Source: Azolla caroliniana
Taxonomy: Eukaryota; Plantae; Polypodiophyta
Length of the DNA: 64,000 bases
Direction of reading: 5' to 3'
Assembly: GCA_043228905.1 (NCBI GenBank)
Contig: JBHGNT010000006.1
Coordinates: 1,612,001 to 1,676,000 of the forward strand
Part shown: piece by piece, positions 39,950 to 52,100 of the stretch
Numbering within the stretch: the stretch's first letter is position 1
Layout: every line of letters begins with the position of its first letter
Translations under genes and position numbers: made by a program
The notes under the pieces: generated by a model
The model's input: the letters and a program-made list of their open reading frames with translations, nothing else
Databases searched by the model: none
What the model was told of the DNA's origin: nothing

Positions 39950-42900
39950 AACTGAAATCAGTCTTTACATGTTTCTTGTTAAATTCATGATTTTTGTTTT
40001 TCATTTGTTCATGCATATAGAAAGAATCTTGACTTTCATAGAACGGATGCATTGAAATCCTAGTTATAACTGGTGTTTTTTGCGATAATTAAATTTTTGT
40101 ATTGAACAAGCATGAAACGAAGTCGTTGAAAGTTGACATTGGATGGAGCATTCATTGTAAAGTTCATGAAATGACCTTTGTAGTAATCTTTCGTGGAAGT
40201 GGCTTGGTGTGAGCCAAGTCATTTGGGTACAGAGCTACCATAGATTTGGTACAATGCATTGTTCCATTCATCATTTGGGAGAGGTGTAAAACATCAAAAG
40301 GGTGACAAGTTCTCAATGTTGAGGCTAGTATTGTCGAAGCACTTCATCACTTATGAGGCTAGGAGAATCATCATCCTTATGTGTCTTCTTTTGTTGCCAT
40401 TGGCTTTCATGCTTGAAACTCATGTCTAATTCGTTGAGGTGGCACGGTTTAACTTTGGTTCATGAAGTTTATTATCTAGAATAAGGCTTCTACCATCATG
40501 GACAATGCCACTAATTCATCATAGATGATTTTGCGCATGATGACATAAAGACTAGTGGATTGCTCCATTTTTGTCTGCATGTACATAGGAAGTTTAGAGC
40601 CATATGTTTGCACCATACATGAGAGACATGGCTGTCTAAATAGGCATACTTTGGTATACACGCAACCATTTGTGGGAAAAATCATCCGTTGTGGTTCTCT
40701 TTTGTATACAAATCCTTTATTGTTGGTGTACGCAAAGGGCTTAGGACGTGATAATAACAATATATAAAAGTTGAAATGATGAATTGATCGATAAAGGTGA
40801 CCCATGCTTGGATAGGTTATATGTTTTTTAATTTGCATGAGAACATGGCATGCATCACAATTTTACATAAAGTTGGTGCCTTATCCTGAGAGGAGTGATT
40901 GCTAAGCTAGCAAGATGTATGCACACTTTGTGATAAGATCATCTCATGATTGTGGTAAAACCTTTACGGAATGGCTTCTCATCTTAACATGCATATGTAA
41001 ACAAACAAACAATTAGATGAAGACATCTTTATGATTGTGTGTAAAACAAATAAAAGAAGACAAATGTTTTTCTTTTAAATCAATAAAGCAACAATAGAAT
41101 GTCTTTCCTTGTAGTCGACTTTCTTCCATAATTACTTTTGATGTAACAAAATGATCTATCATGGAGTGTTTTGGTCTAAAAAATTGCTTGCCCAAGTGCT
41201 CATTTGTTTTGACTTTCAGTCTATGCACTTACGTTTGCTCCATGATAGTGCTATACAATTTAGGAATAGTTAAGCTCACCATGATTTTACCATACTTCAA
41301 TATTTATTATTATCTTCAACCTTAAAAATGGTCTTAATCCAAATCATGAACCAATCACTTGGTAAACCCTCTTTAATAGCTTGATCTATGATGTCATGAT
41401 CCGATGATGAATACTTGGCATTGCCCATTTTAAGAATTGTCTTGTAATGAGAGTTACATCAATGCTTTCCCATTAGCCATCTTCGTTGTTCCCTTATTGG
41501 CATCTTCAAGATCAATGCATCATGTATTCCAAGGAGTTTCAACGTTCTTGCCATAAGAGCCACTCCCTCATGCATTTATAGGCTTTGTACATATTCTAGC
41601 ATCTCTTGATCGTGAATTCACCTTTGGTATCTTCCTTCTAACCATTAAGTTGTCTCCATGCTAGGCTTGGTTAGAGCTTAAACAACCTTTTCTTTTTCCT
41701 TTCTTGCATTTGGAAGTATTGCCTTTTCTTTCTCCTTGCTACCTTTTTATATTAATGCCATGCCATGACCCGTTCACTTCCCCCTTTTGCAAACATATAT
41801 AGTTTGAGATATATACACGACTTTAGCACTTCGTTCACCTAGTCTATTGTGTCAAAACTTACTTACTTTATATTGCAAACCAACACTAGGGGAAGGTTTG
41901 ATCCCTCCCCTCTATATCAATGACATGGTTCACCTCGTCAAGAGGTTACTTCCCTTTCCCATCTCTTTTTTGTTAGGAATTGCCGTGAATGTAGGAGACC
42001 ATTCCTTATCAAACCAAGAATTACATGGGAAACTACCTCTTTTATGTCCACCAACACACATTCGATATTGTTGATATCCTACCTCAAGGATGACATCTTT
42101 CAAGCGTTGCCAAATTTCTTTAACATCATTACTTGAAGAGAGTTTTGACAAATGGTTCCCAACTTCTTTTGCATATATCATAACTTTATTGTAACAAGGT
42201 CGAATGATGTATCTTCTTTCCTCTTTCACCGTACCACATTTATTGATAAAGTGTGAGAGTGTAAGGTATGAGGGCAAATGGTTTGAGTCTAGGGATAGAG
42301 CAACAATTTTAAATGCATTCACCATGGATAGATCACATGCCTTCATATATACATATTCGACTACACTTCCTCCACTTGAGGCTTGTAAACATATAAGTAC
42401 ATTTGTCAAAGGAAAACCATTTATGCCATTTTAGACAATCAAGTTTTTGTAGTCAAGCATATGCACAATAATTCTTTCATAATCCATCATAATACAATCC
42501 TTTCATGTAATAGACAAGGATCCACTTATTTTTTTCCGTGATATCCATATAATGGTATTTTCCAACACTATCATTAAATTCTCCCATAATCAACACTTTA
42601 CCAAACTTCTCAAAAACAAGTATGTCTTCACATAAATATGTGAAAGAATCGTCACGTTCCAACCCAAATGTACTATAGTAGTTTGACTCTTTATGAGGAA
42701 TGTCGATTCGACCATGTGGAGATTCTCTTAGCCCAAATTAATCTCTAACCATAGGTATCACTTATAATCATTATACTTACACAATCTTGTATAATGATCT
42801 AATCTCTCATGGTAAATATCCCTGCATGTCCAATATTCCTTTGAGGGTTGAGGCCATATCGATTTTATAAGGTAGCCATCTATTTTAGGTATGCGTTTTT

Positions 42901-42950
42901 GCATCATGCTCCAAGTTTCAGCCCAAAATATAACATCAAAACATTGCGTT
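39950..42950 (-). mobile_element. Decayed LINE (APE endonuclease + RT remnants)
   Basis: Minus strand reads FDVIFWAETW (~42910-42940), KVLIMGEFN, SVVEYV, NSWFDKE, HSMIDHFVT..YCCFIDLK. Many stops; the left boundary is approximate. Confidence 0.7.
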
Positions 42951-43187
42951 TGACATGAAGTAGCAGTGGGTGGGTACGTAAGTAAGTGTTTGGGAGTTTT
43001 GGAGAGATGTCGTGGGAAACGAGGGGGAGGGTACTTTGGTAATTAACGCGGGAAATTGTGTCGCAGGGAGATTAACGCGTTGAAATCCAAGTCAATGAAT
43101 TGACACGCATCAGAAGGAAGACGAAAGAAGTCGAGGTTGGAGGGAGATTAAGCAGCTCATGATTGTACCTTACAGATCTGCCCTGCC

Positions 43188-46100
43188 ATGGAGGAGCCCT
43201 GGAACCGCCGAAGCGATGCATTAGGTCGCTTCCAGGTCCTTTCTGATGAGATCATCTGCTGCATCTTGGAGCTTCTTGAAGCGAAAGATTTGACGATCCT
43301 CTCCTGCGTTAGCAGGTACGTGTATTGTCGTTCTATCTCTCTTTGATTTTTTGTTCTCTTTTTTCTGTTCCTAGCTACGAAATGCTTGAAGTTTATTTAT
43401 ATATATGCTACCATTCATGCTCAGAGTTCTCTATCTCGTTGATCAATGTGTTGAATCTGAACTATGAAGAACTGCAGCCATATAAAACTTTAATTTTTAC
43501 CAAGAACATTGTGTACAAGTCTATGGATTCTTGCTACACAATGCTCGCAGTTTTATCAATAAATTAATTGATCATGTCTAACTTGAATTTGGCCAAAAGC
43601 ATTGTTTGGATCTTCCAGAGATCAAGAAAAAGTAAATATCGCATACTATATACTATATTTGATGAAAGCTCGTTGAGACAGTGCATCAGGAAACCAAAAC
43701 TATAAAGATTTCACATAATATGTTATATTTGATGGAATGTCATTGATACAGTCCATGGAGAAAATATAAAGCTTTCACATAGTTTGCTATATTTGATGAA
43801 AGGCCATTGATACTGTGCATTTTATCACACATCAAGAAAATGTAAAGATTTTACATATCTGCAAAATTTCATGAAACACTGTCGATATAAATTTATATTA
43901 GAAATATTGAGAATCGAGTAGATAGGTATATAGAGTTACAACTGCAGAGATGGATATATGAAAACAGAATTTCTATTACGTATGAGAGTAGTTCAAAATG
44001 GTAGTTTTCCCATGCGCTCACACCTTAGAGTTTAGATAGGATATGGACCGGCTCACTACAAAATTAGTGGGGACTAATGATCAATCTGACCACTGTGTGA
44101 GAAAAGTGACTTATAATCTATGTTTGGTCTTAGTATAAATGTGCAAGTCAGTTGACAGTAGTGGAGATATTCCTTTTCTGTCAACTGACTTGTCATTTAA
44201 TATGACCCAACTCCCTAGGTACAGGCTAGTGCTAGATAATACTTATCTTGAAGTCAATGACGCATACTTCAAGACTAAGTACATCGTAACTTGCCCACAA
44301 AATATTCTAGCTGACTTGATTAGCCAATCCTTTTATCTATTTCTCTCTTTCCTAAATATATTGTGTCCTACGCATCTACGGTTTCCTAGATTAACACCTT
44401 ATCGACCCATATGGTCGAGTTGCACACTAGCCGCTCCTCATTTGGGGCGCTATCACAAAATGTGCACTCTAAGAGCACATATGGGGATAGATTTACAACT
44501 TGGGGCTGATCATTGATTATATCTAACACGCCCCCTCAATGATCAACCCATTGAATTCACTTGGAATTGGGCCAACACCTAGTCGTCGAAGGGGTTGTTG
44601 CAACTGTTCTGCTCCAAGCGCCTTTGTGAAGATATCTGCAGCATTTTCTGATGTTGGACAGTACTCAAGCTCCACAATCTCATCATTTATTAGCTCCCGC
44701 ACATAGTGATACTGAATCTCTATGTGTTTAGTACGTGCATGAAATACGGGGTTCTTGGCAATGGCCATGCAACTCTGATTGTCACACCTCAATACCGTTG
44801 CCGTCCTTATTGGGACTGCCACATCCATAAGGATTCTTCTTAGCCAAACTACCTCGCATGTCGCTATGCATGCTGCTTTGTATTCTGCCTCCGTTGAAGA
44901 TAGTGCCACTGTTGGTTGTTTTTTACTACTCCATGAAACAGCTCCAGATCCTATTGAAAAACAATATCCAGAAACTGATTTTCTGGAATCACTATCTCCA
45001 GCCCAATCGGAGTCGCAATATCCACTAAGTTGGTCAATTGTTGGCTTGTAGAAGATTCCATAATTTAAAGTACCCACAATGTACTTTAATACACGTAGAG
45101 CAGCTTTCCAATGAGTCTCCTTCGGCTTGTTGCTGAATCGACTCACCACATTGACTGCAAAACAAATATCCGGCCTAGTGTTGCATAGGAAAATTAGACT
45201 TCCTACTAGTTGTCTATACTTCCTTATGTCAACCATTGGTGATGAGTCTTCTTGGGATAGCTTGCAGTTTGACTCCATTGGAGTCGACTTCGACTTGCTG
45301 TCCATCATCCCGAAGGTCTTCAAGATCTCTGTTGCATACTTTCTTTGTGACATGAAGATGCCGACCGAGGTTTGCCAAACCTCAATTCCAAGGAAGTAGT
45401 GTAGAATCCCCAAGTCTGTCATTTCAAACTCAGTTTTCAAACACTCTTGTGTTTGGCCAATGCACTCTTCATGGTCACCAGTAAGTACTAGATCATCCAC
45501 GTAAATGATAATGATGACTTGTTTCCCGTCCTTCATTTTGACATACATACTTGCATCCGAAGCACATTGCTTAAAGTCGATTGATCGTAAGAAGCTGTCT
45601 ATCCTCTTGTTCCAAGCTCTTGGTGCTTGCTTTAGACCATATAGTGCCTTCTTCAGCTTGCAAACTTTGTTTTCTGAATTCGGTATCTCAAACCCCGGTG
45701 GTTGTGTCACATATACCTCCTCCTTGAGATGCCCATTCAGAAATGCTGATTTGACATCCATTTGATAAATCGGCCATCCTCTTGAAGCAGCCAACGCTAT
45801 GACCATTTGAATTGTTGTCATGCGAGCTGTCGGGGCAAATGTTTCTTGTACATCGAACCCTTCAATTTGGGAGTATCCTTGCGCTACTAGCCTGGCCTTG
45901 AATTTCTCCAAAGAGCCATCAGCTTTATACTTTACTTTCCATACCCACTTCGTGCCTATCACCTTCTTCTTTGTTGGCCTCTCTACCAACTCCCATGTGT
46001 CATTTTTCATGATGCTATCATATTCTGATATCATCGCCTCTTTCCACTTCGGGTCGGCCATAGCTTCCTCCACCGAGGTCGGCTCACTCACTGAGCCTAT

Positions 46101-49100
46101 GATGTCCACCATCAGAGCCATGTTGACAATGTGGTCAGAGGTTCTTCCTTGCTCCTGTATTCTTCTTGATCTTCGTAATCCATCAGTTGAAGTTTCAGGA
46201 AACTCAACTTTAGGAGTATGATCATTGAAGAGTTGTTGAGCCCACTTAGGTATTTTCTTTACATGTGGGACTGGCATAGGCTGAACTAGTGAACCATTAC
46301 CATCAGATGGTTCAGCTTCCTTTTTTGGATAATGGGTCGGGATTGGGTAAAATACTTCTTCAGTTGATGAGATAACTTGAGAATCGTTGTTCTCAGCTAG
46401 CTGTGGTTGTTCCTCATCGAACACCACATCGCGGCTTGTCAATATCTTTCTTGCCTCTGGATCGTAGAGTCGATAGGCCTTTGACTCTTCACTATATCCG
46501 AGAAAGATACACTTTTTGCTTTTAGCATCCAACTTCTTTCTGCTCACATCTGGAATATGTGCGTAGCACATACACCCAAAGGTTCTGAAGTGCAGCACTG
46601 AAGGTTTCTTGCCTGAATAAGCTTCTTGGGGTGTTTTCCCTTGAAGTGCCTTCGTGTAGCTCCGATTGAGGATGTAAACTGCTGTGTTCACTGCTTCAGC
46701 CCAGAATGGGTCGGGCAGCGCTTGTGCCTTCAACATACACCTAGCCATCTCGACAACTGTTCGATTTCGACGTTCGACAACGCCATTTTGTTGTGGGGTG
46801 TAGGCAGTTGTAAGTTGGCGCTTAATTCCATGCTCTTTGCAATACTCACAGAATTCTATTGATAAGAATTCTCCACCTCGATCAGAGCGTAGCTCCTTCA
46901 CTAACTTTCCAGACTCTCGCTCGACAAACTTATGCCATCTTTTGAAGATTTTAAAAGCTTCAGCCTTCTCCCGAAGGAAGTAAACCCACATCTTTCTGCT
47001 GAAGTCGTCGACTATTAGCATATAGTAGAGAGATCCACCCATTGCAGGAGTCACCAGTTTTCCAGAGAGGTCAATGTGTATTAGCTGTAGAGGAGTCTTT
47101 GCCCGATTTTGACTCTCTTTTGGAATGGCTGATCTTTGATGCTTGCCCATCATACAAGCATCACAAACATGACTTAAGTCAGATAGGGTTGGCAACCCAA
47201 CTACCATATTCGACTTCTTCATCTCCTTCAACACAGCAACGTTGAGATGCCCAAATCTCTCATGCCATTGCTTTGTGTTGGTACTTGTGCTGTGGTCAGT
47301 AGAAATGGTAAACGCGCTCAGCTCATAGAGATTGTTGCGCCTCACCCCTATTCCTACAACCTTGCCAGCAGAATCTGTTATTTCTGCACCCGACTTCTTG
47401 AATCGAACATCAAGACCCTTGTCAGTCAGTGCAGAAATGGACAGTAGATTCTTCTTCAGATCTGGCACGTACAACACTTGAGAGAGATGCTTTGTCCCAC
47501 CGGTCGTTGCTTTGAGGGAGACGGTTCCGGTTCCTTTGGCCGGACATCGAGCATTGTTCCCGACCACAACATTGATGGGCTCTTGTAGAGGTGTCCAAGA
47601 ACTGTACCAGTCACGATTACTGGTCATATGTCGGGATGCTCCACTATCGAGAATCCAAGACTCATCAACAACTTGAGTGTCAACTGAAGAACACACTTCT
47701 TCAGTTGCGACCCATAACTCAAGTTCATCTACGACATTGTTAGCGGACTCGGGCTCTCTCCAAGAAGTCTTATTAGAACCATTCTTCTCATCCGCCATCT
47801 TCTTTCGACAATCCTTGATTGTGTGACCCTTCTTGTCACAGTAGAAACACGATCCATTGAACTTCTTCTTCTTCGGTATCCTATTCGCATTGTTTGAATT
47901 GGATGCCCCTTCACCCTTAGTCCTAGAGACAAATGCTGAATCTTCCCTTTCTTCTCTTGTCTTCAGCCGAAGCTCCTCTTCAAGCAGCATTGCACTTAGT
48001 TCATCAAATTTTAAAGGAGTGGGTCGAACCTGAGTGTTCAATGCTGTCACAATGCCATCATACTTGAAAGGAAGTACTCGAATGCACCGATGAGCCATAT
48101 CCTCTTGAGAGACGACTACTCCAACAGCCGCCAGCTGATCTTGAAGATCCTTAATCCTTTTTACAAAGGATTCTACTTTCTCTCCATCAGCGAGCTTCTC
48201 TGCAGCAAGCTGATTTTCGAGGTTTAGTATCCTTGGATAGTTTCTGGTCTCATACTGGCTGGCCAATATGCTCCAAGCTTCATGTGCCCTAGTTGTATGT
48301 TGCACTAGTGTTAGTACGGAGTCACATACACCAGTGACTATGGTACATAGCGCATCAGCATTCCTTCTCTTCCAGGCTCGAAGTAGATCAGCATTTGGAG
48401 GAATTGATGTGGTAGGGTGTGCAGGGTCAAAGGTTGCCATGGGCTCAGGGTCTCCCCCTGTGGGTCCCATGATTGTTTCCAACAACTCGTAGGAATCCAA
48501 AATGGCAGACATTTTGAACTTCCATAGAGTGTAGTTGGTTCCATCTAGCTTTCCATCAGACAATGGAGGTGGGCGAATGCGCAATGGAGCAGCTGCAACA
48601 TTCGTGGACAAGGCCATTGATACTCTGTCTCTCTCTCTCTCTCTCTATTTCTCTCTGTTGCTAGACAGCAACTACCCGTATATACCTAATCTAGATCAAC
48701 CTCTTTGCTCTGATACCATATTAGAAATATTGAGAATCGAGTAGATAGGTATATAGAGTTACAACTGCAGAGATGGATATATGAAAACAGAATTTCTATT
48801 ACGTATGAGAGTAGTTCAAAATGGTAGTTTTCCCATGCGCTCACACCTTAGAGCTTAGATAGGATATGGACCGGCTCACTACAAAATTAGTGGGGACTAA
48901 TGATCAATCTGACCACTGTGTGAGAAAAGTGACTTATAATCTATGTTTGGTCTTAGTATAAATGTGCAAGTCAGTTGACAGTAGTGGAGATATTCCTTTT
49001 CTGTCAACTGACTTGTCATTTAATATGACCCAACTCCCTAGGTACAGGCTAGTGCTAGATAATACTTATCTTGAAGTCAATGACGCATACTTCAAGACTA

Positions 49101-52100
49101 AGTACATCGTAACTTGCCCACAAAATATTCTAGCTGACTTGATTAGCCAATCCTTTTATCTATTTCTCTCTTTCCTAAATATATTGTGTCCTACGCATCT
49201 ACGGTTTCCTAGATTAACACCTTATCGACCCATATGGTCGAGTTGCACACTAGCCGCTCCTCATTTGGGGCGCTATCACAAAATGTGCACTCTAAGAGCA
49301 CATATGGGGATAGATTTACAACTTGGGGCTGATCATTGATTATATCTAACAATTTAGTATACTTTTTGGTTTTTGTTTTGTTGGACTTTTATATACAGAT
49401 AGTTATTTTCCTTTCAGCATCAGGGAATAAATAATCAAAATGTAAAAATCAACAGTCAATATTATTAATGATTTATAGCTTTGATATGGTGAACCATGGC
49501 ATACATCAGCCCATATTTCATTGAAGGCCATTGCTATGTATTTGTCATTATTTTTGGTTCTTATGCTGTTGAACCTTTTCCTTTACAACCATTTACCAAT
49601 TTGAAGACAAACTTTTATCATGAAAAACTGGGGAATCAATATTAATTCATTGAATGTTGTTGAATGTAGTGTCTTCTACATATTTTGCAATGAGGATCCA
49701 TTGTGGATGAAGCTATGCTTAAATACTCATGAAGGATTGCTTCGATATTCGGGTACTTGGAAGCACACGGTATTGCAAAAGTGAGTTATGCTTCACAAAA
49801 TTATCCACTCACTGCATTTACTCACTATTGCAAATAATCCATGTACTACTTTTACTGCTGTTACTAATCACCTTGCAGACTTCTTCACATTTGTCCCCAG
49901 AACAACTTGCTGATGCGTCTGTGTGATATTTTTAACTGATGTGGTCCATCTGACGTTTGAAAGTGATCATGTGAAATTATATCCATAATGTTGTATAATA
50001 AAATATTGTGAAGGGAAAAAAAGAAAAAGAAATAGAAAACAGAGAGACTTTAGCCTTGCAGCCCCTCTTGCAGCACTGTGCCCTTCCTGTGAAATCAGCC
50101 TATTTATGCAAATGTACCTGAGTGGGTGTCTCCAAGTGGTTCAGGCTGGGGGTGGGACACCCCGTTTTACAGCTGCAATACCTTATCCTCAGTAGTCTCC
50201 AAATGGCAGCAATGGTTAGGATGTTTGTTCGACTTATGTTCCTAGGAAGTATTGTATCTATTGGATCCCTTCGGGTTTGTTTCAGCCGCTTTATGCACAT
50301 GTACCCAAGTGTGTCAGGTTGGGGGGGTTACCGTGCTATATCTTATCATTAGGAGTACCCAGATGGCAGCCATGGCTGGGATGTTTGTCCGACTTATGTT
50401 TGTAGGCAGTATTGTGTCTATTAGATCCCTTGGGGTTTGTTTCTTTGAGTGTGAATGTACATACTCTTTGTTGCTTGCACTTTCACATGTTACCTTAATG
50501 CTGACATCATTGGTCAGCACTTTGGTGTTGCTAAGTGAGTTTCCACCAGGGTATCAAGGATTTCTTGGAAAATGATGATGAGAGTAGAGATCCCTCCTGC
50601 ATACTCATTTGGATGTTGGTGTTTTCTTAATGAGGCAGGTTGAGGCGTGCATTGTCTCAGTGGTTGGCCTGGAATTCAGTGTTTAAGCCTCATGGTTTTG
50701 TTCTCATATTCAGGCTGTATGGTGTATATTCAGGTTGAGGCGCACATTGTCTCAATGGTTGATTGGGTCTCATGGTTTTGTTTTCGTGTTGACGCTCTAT
50801 GGCTCTGGCTTGCATACTTCTATTGCAGCTTGGGGCATTCTCGCCTTTCCTTTGCATTACCTTTCGGCCATTCACCTCATTACAAGTCTCTTCTTTTTTT
50901 AAGAGGCTTGTCTGCCTCTGAAGCTCCATGTGAAGAAAACCCGAACACCTATGGTCCTCTAGGATCAAACTGCATAGCCTGGTGTTGGGTTCCAAAGCCT
51001 TCCTCAAATATACAATGGTAATTTCGCCTAATGTGATCATATTGGTACATCTAGAGTTCTCAATATGTTTCTCCGATCATTTGATTCAAATCAGATAATG
51101 TGTTAATTGGCTGAAGTAAAGCACAGACCAGTCCAAGCTATAGTTGAGTGGGGATAATATGTCAGAATTCATCCCATGTAACTTCACCCCTGTAGGGAGC
51201 CTGAGCTGTAGTCGATAGAGAAAGCTAACTTCATGGAATAGGAATTCATTGGTGCTGCATTCATCCCTGTTTTGGTAATCTCATGCGGACTGGCAGTTTT
51301 TGTACACATTTTCATGCCATTGTGATAATTATTGTTCTCCGAATGTGTTGTCAATACCATTCACCATAATACTCTCTCTATGTTTCCCATCTTTCCTTGC
51401 AATAACTATTTATTATATCCTGTAACTAGTTTAAATGACACATTTTGGCAGAGTAACCAAGGATAATGGAGCTACCCATGGATTCACCAATACCAAGCTT
51501 CATTTTGATGGTGAGAAAAACAGAAGCTTCACAACTTATTTGAGGAGAATGCTTGTTTCTGAATGATCTTATGTCTGCAGGATTTTCTTCTGTCTTTTTA
51601 TACAGAAGATGGTACCGTTCTAATGCAGATACAAGATATTTTGGTGTTGATAAAGGAATGATAGACAGAAAGCACGACCTTTCTTTTAAGGAATTTGTAT
51701 CTACATATGATGGGAAAAAACCGGTACAGTTATAAGCCTCCCTTCTATACAATCATCAGAAAAACTTAGGACTATATATATATTATGAAATAATAACTTG
51801 TTCATAGCATTGCTTTGAGTCTGTCTAGTATAGTCTTGCATCTTTATTCTTGATATTGATTATATCGCTTCTTCAGCTTAAAGTGTAGGTAGTTATATTA
51901 ATTCAAAATTGGGGTAACCATGATCCTGAGCATTTCCACATCTTCTTCCTCACCTGAACAACAAGATTCCCACTACATTTATCAGAGTATCAACAAAATG
52001 GAAACAAATAAACAAAAGAGATCATGGAGAGGCTGTCTATGTAGATGTACAATAGAATGCGTGACAAAGGAAAGTAAAAGGAAATGGTGATCCACGGGCT

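Larger units (their letters stand above)
43896..49351 (-). mobile_element. Full-length intact Ty1/copia LTR retrotransposon
   Basis: 633-bp LTRs at 43896-44528 and 48719-49351. 5-bp TSD ATTTA (43891-95, 49352-56). PBS TGGTATCAGAGC (tRNA-iMet) at 48718-48707. PPT ATTGAGGGGGCG next to the 3' LTR. Single gag-pol ORF. Confidence 0.98.

Noticed and set aside
43640-43890. Repeat-spacer-like pattern resembling a CRISPR array (also 2684-3095 and 58720-58846)
   Set aside because: The units are degenerate tandem duplications without unique spacers, the context is eukaryotic, and no cas genes are present.
44139-44516. 125-aa ORF duplicated identically at 48962-49339
   Set aside because: It lies inside the two LTRs, antisense to the element, with no recognisable domain. 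LTR identity explains the duplication.
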